The translations under genes and the position numbers were made by a program. The notes beneath the pieces are model-generated. The model searched no databases and had not been told where the DNA came from. It saw nothing but the letters and a program-made list of their open reading frames with translations. Positions 10,691 through 19,210 of a stretch of 19,210 nt of DNA are shown here, in pieces; position 1 is the stretch's first letter; the number at the start of each line of letters is the position of its first letter. The DNA is from Anthoceros angustus. Lineage: Eukaryota > Plantae > Anthocerotophyta. Where the stretch lies: the NCBI GenBank assembly GCA_010909165.1, contig VJWM01000399.1, forward strand, positions 1 to 19,210. Direction: 5' to 3'.

Positions 10691-12294
10691 CTTTCATTTG
10701 TTTACAAGTGTTTCAATTGTCCAACTAATCAAATTGATCGAATCCAAGCCATACTCCCTATAGTCACAATTGATATGATTCGGTCATGGAAGTAGTCCTT
10801 CCTCCGGAGATGTGGAGGTGTCACGAATGGAACATAGTGGCCAAGTTCTTGTCTTGAACCGCTATCAACCCAGAACCCTCTCAATGCGGTGCGTCGGCAC
10901 AATGTTGGAAACCGTGAAGTCGTTAGGATCAAAATGTGCATTGTACCCCAACTGTTGACCAATACTAATCCGTAGGTGTGTCTTTGTACCCTATGGTGCG
11001 GCCCATCTCGGCCCCGACATCGTGCTATGGATCCGGACGGAAATGATTTCAAGTCGCACGACTTTCGTTGGTGGTTGCCATCCGTTGACTAGCTTGGTAT
11101 CACCCCGGTGCATGCAAGTGAGAACATCACTTTCATTTCCATCAAAATTTCTTTCATTTCCATCAAAATTTCTTTCATTTCCATCAAAATTTCTTTCATT
11201 TGTTTACAAGTGTTTCAATTGTCCAACTAATCAAATTGATCGAATCAAGCCATACTCCCTATAGTCACAATTGATATGATTCGGTCATGGAAGTAGTCCT
11301 TCCTCGAGAGATGTGGAGGTGTCTGAATGGAACATAGTGGCCAAGTTCTTGTCTTGAACTTCGCTATCAACCCTTGAACCCTCTCAATGCGGTGCGTCGG
11401 CACAATGTTGGAAACCGTGAAGTCGTTAGGATCAAAATGTGCATTGTACCCCAACACGTTGACTAGCTTGGTATCACCCCGGTGCATGCAAGTGAGAACA
11501 TCACTTTCATTTCCATCAAAATTTCTTTCATTTGTTTACAAGCTGTGTTTCAATTGTCCAACTAATCAAATTGATCGAATCAAGCCATACTCCCTATAGT
11601 CACAATTGATATGATTCGGTCATGGAAGTAGTCCTTTTCGTTGGAGTGGTAGTAGCTACTACCTATATACTAGCTCGCGTTATACTTATAGGACTACTTG
11701 TCCTTGGCCTTTGGCCAATGCTGTGACAAGCTAGAATGTCTCGATAAAAACTATAATAATATTACGCACCATGACCCAAGGACAACAAATGCTCATTGAT
11801 GGTTTAGCGAATGGCGTGCCTTCCTTTTCCCTCACCCCGGTGCATGCAAGTGAGAACATCACTTTCATTTGTTTACAAGTGTTTCAATTGTCCAACTAAT
11901 CAAAATTGATCGAATCAAGCCATACTCCCTATAGTCACAATTGATATGATTCGGTCATGGAAGTAGTCCTTTTCCCTCACCCCGGTGCATGCAAGTGAGA
12001 ACATCACTTTCATTTGTTTACAAGTGTTTCAATTGTCCAACTAATCAAAATTGATCGAATCAAGCCATACTCCCTATAGTCACAATTGATATGATTCGGT
12101 CATGGAAGTAGTCCTTTTCGACCGCTTTCTCTTGCGACGGTGCAATAGTCCTTCCTCGAGAGATGTGGAGGTGTCACGAATGGAACATAGTGGCCAAGTT
12201 CTTGTCTTGAACCGCTATCAACCTTGAACCCTCTCAATGCGGTGCGTCGGCACGAACACGCGCAATGTCGGTAAGGCCAGGGACCAGTCGGACC

Positions 12295-12494
12295 CTCACG
12301 TTGCCATAGCTCCGCCGTTTTGCTCGGGGCGGTACTCACGTTGCCATAGCTCCGCCGTTTTGCTCGGGGCGGTACTCACGTTGCCATAGCTCCGCCGTTT
12401 TGCTCGGGGCGGTACTCACGTTGCCATAGCTCCGCCGTTTTGCTCGGGGCGGTACTCACGTTGCCATAGCTCCGCCGTTTTGCTCGGGGCGGTA
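12295..12494. repeat. Perfect 40-bp tandem expansion x5
   Basis: ctcacgttgccatagctccgccgttttgctcggggcggta x5 with no spacers. Single copy in intact units, bounded by ctcac(c)gttg. Confidence 0.97.
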
Positions 12495-13139
12495 CTCACG
12501 TTGGGGAGGTGGAGGCCCAAATGATGCAAGTCCAATTGCACGTGAAGGTTGGTGGTTGCCATCACGTTGACTAGCTTGGGTATCACCCCGATGGATGCTC
12601 TCTTGATGCGTCCTCGTCAATGTTGACCAATACTAATCCGTAGGTGTGTCTTTGTACCCTATAGTGCGGCCCATCTCGGCTCAAGCGGCCACGTCGCGGC
12701 TCGTGCATCTCCACATCGGCCCCTGACATCGTGCTGCTATGGATCCGGACGGGAAATGATTTCAAGTGCGCACGACTTTCGTTGGACTGGTGGCTGCAGC
12801 CTACCGCACGGACGGAAATGGTTTGTTTCAAGGGCGCACGACTTTTTCGTTGGAGTGGTAGTAGCTACTACTACCTATATACTAGCTACTGCACGTTATA
12901 CTTATAGGACTACTTGTCCTTGGCCTTTGGCCAATGCTGAAACAAGCTAGAATGTCTCGATAAAAACTATAATAATATTACACGCACCATGACCCAAGGA
13001 CAACAAATGCTCATTGATGGTTTAGCGAATGGCGTGCCTTCCTTTTCCCTCACCCCGGTGCATGCAAGTGAGAACATCACTTTCATTTCCATCAAAATTT
13101 CTTTCATTTGTTTACAAGTGTTTCAATTGTCCAACTAAT

Positions 13140-14035
13140 CAAAATTGATCGAATCCAAGCCATACTCCCTATAGTCACAATTGATATGATTCGGTCATGG
13201 AAGTAGTCCTTTTCGACCGCTTTCTCTTGCGACCGGGGCTCGTGCATCTCCACATCGGCCCCGACATCGTCTGCTATGGATCCGGACGGAAATGGTTTGT
13301 TTCAAGGCGCGACTTTCGTTTGGTGTGCCGGTGGGATGGGATCTGTTGTTCAAAAACTTAAATGACGGTGCAATAGTCCTTCCTCCGAGATGTGGAGGTG
13401 TCTGAATGGAACATAGTGGCCAAGTTCTTGTCTTGAACTTCGCTATCAACCGAACCCTCTCAATGCCGGTGCGTCGGCGCAATCGTTTCGACTGAGCGGC
13501 TCATATCTTCGGCTAGGGTTGCGTGAAGCTCTACCAAGTCGATTGCGTATCTATCTTTATCTTTAAGCACTTCCGCGTCCGGCACAATGTTGGAAACCGT
13601 GAAGTCGTTAGGATCAAAATGTGCATTGTACCCCAACTTTGTTGACCATCGCGACCGACTTCTGCAAACACCATTACATTGCGGCGATGCTGGTCCTAGC
13701 GTTCACCGTCGGCACGAACACGCGCAATGTCGGTAAGGCCAGGGACCGAGTCGGACCCTCACCGTTGCCATAGCTCCGCCGTTTTGCTCAGGACGGTACT
13801 CCACGTTGGGGAGGTGGAGGCCCAAATGATGCAAGTCCAATTGCACGTGAAGGTTGGTGGTTGCCATCACGTTGACTAGCTTGGGTATCACCCCCGATGG
13901 ATGCTCTCTTCGAAGTGCGTCCTCGTCAATGTTGACCAATACTAATCCCGTAGGTGTGTCTTTGTACCCTATGGTGCGGCCCATCTCGGCTCAAGCGGCC
14001 ACGTCGGCGGCTCGTGCATCTCCACGCCCCGACAT
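13140..14035 (-). pseudogene. Array-unit gene copy (unknown ~285 aa protein), frameshifted and partly mosaic
   Basis: Contains MGRTIGYKDTPTGLVLVNIDEDALRREHPSGVIPKLVNVMATTNLHVQLDLHHLGLHLPNVEYRPEQNGGAMATVRVRL in one frame (ORF 13703-13984). End coordinate approximate. Confidence 0.5.
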
Positions 14036-14404
14036 CGTCGCTATGGATCCGGACGGAAATGATTTCAAGTCGCCGACTTTCGTTGGTGGTGGCTGCGACC
14101 TACCGCAGACGGAAATGGTTTGTTTCAAGGCGCGACTTTCGTTGGAGTGGTAGTAGCTACTACTACCTATATACTAACTCTTGCGTTATACTTATAGGAC
14201 TACTTGTCCTTGGCCTTTGGCCAATGCTGAAACAAGCTAGAATGTCTCGATAAAAACTATAATAATATTACACGCACCATGACCCAAGGACAACAAATGC
14301 TCATTGATGGTTTAGCGAATGGCGTGCCTTCCCCCCACCTTCCTTTTCCCTCACCCCGGTGCATGCAAGTGAGAACATCACTTTCATTTCCATCAAAATT
14401 TCTT

Positions 14405-15310
14405 TCATTTGTTTACAAGCTGTGTTTCAATTGTCCAACTAATCAAAATTGATCGAATCCAAGCCATACTCCCTATAGTCACAATTGATATGATTCGGTC
14501 ATGGAAGTAGTCCTTTTCGACCGCTTTCTCTTGCGACGCGATGCTGGTCCTGCGTTCACGTCGGCGGCTCATATCTTGAGGTTGGTTACCGTTCTTTTCG
14601 TTTGGTGTGCCGGTGGGATGGGATCTGTTGTTCAAAAACTTAAATGCGGTGCAATAGTCCTTCCTCGGAGATGTGGAGGTGTCTGAATGGAACATAGTGG
14701 CCAAGTTCTTGTCTTGAACTTCGCTATCAACCCAGAACCCTCTCAATGCCGGTGCGTCGGCGCAATCGTTTCGGCTGAGCCGGCTCATATCTTGACTAGG
14801 GTTGCGTGAAGCTCTACCAAGTCGATTGCGTATCTATCTTTATCTTTAAGCACTTCGCGTCCGGCACAATGTTGGAAACCGTGAAGTCGTTAGGATCAAA
14901 ATGTGCATTGTACCCCAACTGTTGACCATCGCGACCGACTTCTCGCAAACACCATTACATTGGCGGCGATGCTGGTCCTATGCGTTCACCGTCGGCGAAC
15001 ACGCGCAATGTCGGTAAGGCCAGGGACCAGGTCGGACCCTCACCGTTGCCATAGCTCCGCCGTTTTGCTCGGGGCGGTACTCCACGTTGGGGAGGTGGAG
15101 GCCCAAATGATGCAAGTCAATTGCGTGAAGGTTGGTGGTTGCCATCACGTTGACTAGCTTGGGTATCACCCCCGATGGATGCTCTCTTCGAAGTGCGTCC
15201 TCGTCAATGTTGACCAATACTAATCCGTAGGTGTGTCTTTGTACCCTATAGTGCGGCCCATCTCGGCTCCGACCACGTCGCGGCTCGTGCATCTCCATCG
15301 GCCCCGACAT
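14405..15310 (-). pseudogene. Array-unit gene copy (unknown ~285 aa protein), frameshifted
   Basis: N-terminal part is in ORF 14978-15310. The C-terminal 127 aa are open in ORF 14405-14788 (MSRLSRNDCADAPALRGFWVDSEVQDKNLATMFHSDTST...KDYFHDRIISIVTIGSMA). Confidence 0.55.
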
Positions 15311-15704
15311 CGTGCTGCTATGGATCCGGACGGAAATGATTTCAAGTCGCCGACTTTCGTTGGTGGTGCGACCTACCGCAGACGGAAATGGTTTGTTTCA
15401 AGGCGCGACTTTTCGTTGGAGTGGTAGTAGCTACTACTACCTATATACTAGCTCGCGTTATACTTATAGGACTACTTGTCCTTGGCCTTTGGCCAATGCT
15501 GCGAAACAAGCTAGAATGTCTCGATAAAAACTATAATAATATTACACGCACCATGACCCAAGGACAACAAATGCTCATTGATGGTTTAGCGAATGGCGTG
15601 CCTTCCTTTTCCCTCACCCCGGTGCATGCAAGTGAGAACATCACTTTCATTTCCATCAAAATTTCTTTCATTTGTTTACAAGCGTGTTTCAATTGTCCAA
15701 CTAA

Positions 15705-16561
15705 TCAAATTGATCGAATCCAAGCCATACTCCCTATAGTCACAATTGATATGATTCGGTCATGGAAGTAGTCCTTTTCGACCGCTTTCTCTTGCGACCG
15801 GGGCTCGTCGTCAGTCTTGAGGTTGGTTACCGTTCTTTTCGTTTGGTGTGCCGGTGGGATGGGATCTGTTGTTCAAAAACTTAAATGACGGTGCAATAGT
15901 CCTTCCTCGGAGATGTGGAGGTGTCTGAATGGAACATAGTGGCCAAGTTCTTGTCTTGAACTTCGCTATCAACCCAGAACCCTCTCAATGCCGGTGCGTC
16001 GGCGCAATCGTTTCGACTGAGCGGCTCATATCTTGGCTAGGGTTGCGTGAAGCTCTACCAAGTCGATTGCGTATCTATCTTTATCTTTAAGCACTTCGCG
16101 TCCGGCACAATGTTGGAAACCGTGAAGTCGTTAGGATCAAAATGTGCATTGTACCCCAACTGTTGACCATCGCGACCGACTTCTCGCAAACACCATTACA
16201 TTGCGGCGATGCTGGTCCTATGCGTTCACCGTCGGCACGAACAGCGCAATGTCGGTAAGGCCAGGGACCGAGTCGGACCCTCACCGTTGCCATAGCTCCG
16301 CCGTTTTGCTCGGGCGGTACTCACGTTGGGGAGGTGGAGGCCCAAATGATGCAAGTCCAATTGCACGTGAAGGTTGGTGGTTGCCATCACGTTGACTAGC
16401 TTGGGTATCACCCCCGATGGATGCTCTCTTCGAAGTGCGTCCTCGTCAATGTTGACCAATACTAATCCCGTAGGTGTGTCTTTGTACCCTATGGTGCGGC
16501 CCATCTCAGCTCCGACAGCCACGTCGCGCGGCTCGTGCATCTCCACATCGGCCCCTGACAT
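15705..16561 (-). pseudogene. Array-unit gene copy (unknown ~285 aa protein), frameshifted
   Basis: ATG at 16561 (MSGADVEMHEPRDVAVGAEMGRTIGYKDTP..., within ORF 16226-16663). The remainder is recoverable with 1-nt frameshifts. TATA-like TATAAGTATAA and GTATATAG lie ~140-170 nt upstream on the minus strand. Confidence 0.55.
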
Positions 16562-16969
16562 CGTGCTGCTATGGATCCGGACGGGAAATGATTTCAAGTG
16601 CGCACGACTTTCGTTGGACTGGTGGCTGCAGCCTACCGCACGGACGGAAATGGTTTGTTTCAAGGCACGACTTTCGTTGGAGTGGTAGTAGCTACTACTA
16701 CCTATATACTAGCTCTTGCGTTATACTTATAGGACTACTTGTCCTTGGCCTTTGGCCAATGCTGTGACAAGCTAGAATGTCTCGATAAAAACTATAATAA
16801 TATTACGCACCATGACCCAAGGACAACAAATGCTCATTGATGGTTTAGCGAATGGCGGTGCCTTCCTTCCTTTTCCCTCACCCCGGTGCATGCAAGTGAG
16901 AACATCACTTTCATTTCCATCAAAATTTCTTTCATTTGTTTACAAGCTGTGTTTCAATTGTCCAACTAA

Positions 16970-17842
16970 TCAAATTGATCGAATCCAAGCCATACTCCCT
17001 ATAGTCACAATTGATATGATTCGGTCATGGAAGTAGTCCCTTTCGACCGCTTTCTCTTGCGACGGTGCAATAGTCCTTCCTCCGAGATGTGGAGGTGTCT
17101 GAATGGAACATAGTGGCCAAGTTCTTTTCGTTTGGTGTGCGGTGGGATGGGATACTGTTCAAAAACTTAAATGCTGACGGTGCAATAGTCCTTCCTCCGG
17201 AGATGTGGAGGTGTCACTGAATGGAACATAGTGGCGGCCAAGTTCTTTGTCTTGAACCGCTATCAACCTTGAACCCTCTCAATGCGGTGCGTCGGCGCAA
17301 TCGTTTCGACTGAGCGGCTCATATCTTGACTAGGGTTGCGTGAAGCTCTACCAAGTCGATTGCGTATCTATCTTTATCTTTAAGCACTTCGCGTCCGGCA
17401 CAATGTTGGAAACCGTGAAGTCGTTAGGATCAAAATGTGCATTGTACCCCAACTGTTGACCATCGCGACCGACTTCGCAAACACCATTACATTGGCGGCG
17501 CGATGCTGGTCTGCTGCGTTCACGTCGGCTGAACACGCGCAATGTCGGTAAGGCCAGGGACCAGTCGGACCCTCACCGTTGCCATAGCTCCGCCGTTTTG
17601 CTCGGGCGGTACTCACGTTGGGGAGGTGGAGGCCCAAATGATGCAAGTCAATTGCGTGAAGGTTGGTGGTTGCCATCACGTTGACTAGCTTGGGTATCAC
17701 CCCGATGGATGCTCTCTTGATGCGTCCTCGTCAATGTTGACCAATACTAATCCGTAGGTGTGTCTTTGTACCCTATGGTGCGGCCCATCTCGGCTCAAGC
17801 CACGTCGCGGCGGCTCGTGCATCTCCACATCGGCCCCGACAT
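16970..17842 (-). pseudogene. Array-unit gene copy (unknown ~285 aa protein), frameshifted
   Basis: Middle segment LGYNAHFDPNDFTVSNIVPDAKCLKIKIDTQST is in ORF 17348-17542. The copy has a local ~85 bp loop at ~17060-17250. Confidence 0.5.
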
Positions 17843-17950
17843 CGTCTTTGCTATGGATCCGGACGGAAATGATTTCAAGTGCGCGACTTTCGTTGGTGGT
17901 GGTGCGACCTACCGCAGACGGAAATGGTTTGTTTCAAGGCGCCGCGACTT

Positions 17951-19210
17951 TCGTTGGAGTGGTAGTAGCTACTACCTATATACTAGCTCTTGCGTTATAC
18001 TTATAGGACTACTTGTCCTTGGCCTTTGGCCAATGCTGCGACAAGCTAGAATGTCTCGATAAAAACTATAATAATATTACCGCACCATGACCCAAGGACA
18101 ACAAATGCTCATTGATGGTTTAGCGAATGGCGGTGCCTTCCTTCCTTCCTTTTCCCTCACCCCGGTGCATGCAAGTGAGAACATCACTTTCATTTCCATC
18201 AAAATTTCTTTCATTTGTTTACAAGTGTTTCAATTGTCCAACTAATCAAATTGATCGAATCCAAGCCATACTCCCTATAGTCACAATTGATATGATTCGG
18301 TCATGGAAGTAGTCCTTCCTCGAGGAGATGTGGAGGTGTCACGAATGGAACATAGTGGCGGCCAAGTTCTTGTCTTGAACCGCTATCAACCCGAACCCTC
18401 TCAATGCGGTGCGTCGGCACGAACACGCAATGTCGGTAAGGCCAGGGACCAGTCGGACCCTCACCGTTGCCATAGCTCCGCCGTTTTGCTCGGGGCGGTA
18501 CTCACGTTGGGGAGGTGGAGGCCCAAATGATGCAAGTCCAATTGCGTGAAGGTTGGTGGTTGCCATCACGTTGACCATCGCGACTTTCGTTTGGTGTGCG
18601 ATGGGATGGGATGGGATGGGATGGGATGGGATGGGATGGGATGGGATGGGATGGGATCTGTTGTTCAAAAACTTAAATGCGACGGTGCAATAGTCCTTCC
18701 TCGAGAGATGTGGAGGTGTCTGAATGGAACATAGTGGCGGCCACGTCGGCGGCTCGTGCATCTCCACATCGGCCCCGACATCGTGCTGCTATGGATCCGG
18801 ACGGAAATGATTTCAAGTCGCGACTTTCGTTGGTGGTTGCCATCACGTTGACTAGCTTGGTATCACCCCGATGGATGCTCTCTTGATGCGTCCTCGTCAA
18901 TGTTGACCATCGCGACTTTCGTTTGGTGTGCCGGTGGGATGGGATGGGATGGGATCTGTTGTTCAAAAACTTAAATGACGGTGCAATAGTCCTTCCTCCG
19001 AGATGTGGAGGTGTCTGAATGGAACATAGTGGCGGCCACGTCGGCGGCTCGTGCATCTCCACATCGGCCCCGACATCGTGCTGCTATGGATCCGGACGGA
19101 AATGGTTTGTTTCAAGGCGCGACTTTCGTTGGGGAGGTGGAGGCCCAAATGATGCAAGTCAATTGCGTGAAGGTTGGTGGTTGCCATCACGTTGACCATC
19201 GCGACTTCCT
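17951..19210. repeat. Further mosaic or deleted unit copies
   Basis: Unit sequence with skips at tagtcctt, gtcggcac, gttgac, ggcggcc and gacggaaatg. Confidence 0.95.
18601..18655. repeat. (ATGGG)x11 expansion
   Basis: Expanded from the gggatgggat present in intact units. Confidence 0.95.

Larger units (their letters stand above)
9091..12845. repeat. Rearranged, deleted mosaic copies of the 1.27 kb unit
   Basis: Composed entirely of unit sequence, with forward skips and backward loops at short words duplicated within the unit (tagtcctt, caatgttg, tcaccccg, ccctatag, gcgact, ctttcattt, cgttg). Confidence 0.95.
12846..17950. repeat. Four near-complete head-to-tail ~1.27 kb units
   Basis: The marker TAATATTAC occurs at 12973, 14263, 15537, 16798 and 18072, giving periods of 1290, 1274, 1261 and 1274 bp. 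Confidence 0.97.

Noticed and set aside
12295-12494. CRISPR-like 40-bp repeats
   Set aside because: No spacers; a perfect tandem expansion of unit sequence; eukaryotic context with no cas genes.
15388-15771. Recurrent plus-strand ORFs in the array unit
   Set aside because: They cross the spacer and vary in frame between copies. The minus-strand frame tiles into a longer, more protein-like product.
12846-17950. rDNA, 5S, snRNA or histone tandem array
   Set aside because: No recognisable rRNA, snRNA, tRNA or histone sequence in the unit.

Overview
Eukaryotic, probably land-plant, sequence (short GT-AG introns, telo-box motifs). It is noisy, with frequent 1-2 nt indels. The window has two parts. 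(1) A head-to-tail array of a ~1.26-1.29 kb unit occupies 1-944 and 9091-19210. Read across copies on the minus strand, each unit looks like a compact, intronless gene for an unrecognised protein of roughly 280-290 aa, with a TATA-like upstream region and a TAATATTAC nonamer in the spacer. About four copies (12846-17950) are near-complete. The rest are mosaics whose junctions fall on ~7-10 bp words that occur twice in the unit. (2) A ~8.1 kb single-copy insert (945-9090) interrupts the array. It carries a multi-exon, frameshifted Crypton/DUF3504-type tyrosine recombinase gene (minus strand, ~1570-5080), a ~27-bp-periodic CCTTGGCC motif array, and a possible divergent second spliced gene. A GC hairpin marks its left junction and a (TTTTAC)n tract its right junction. 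The leading hypothesis is a tyrosine-recombinase mobile element associated with a tandemly amplified single-gene unit. Long-read or consensus artefacts could explain the frameshifts and the mosaic copies and must be excluded first.
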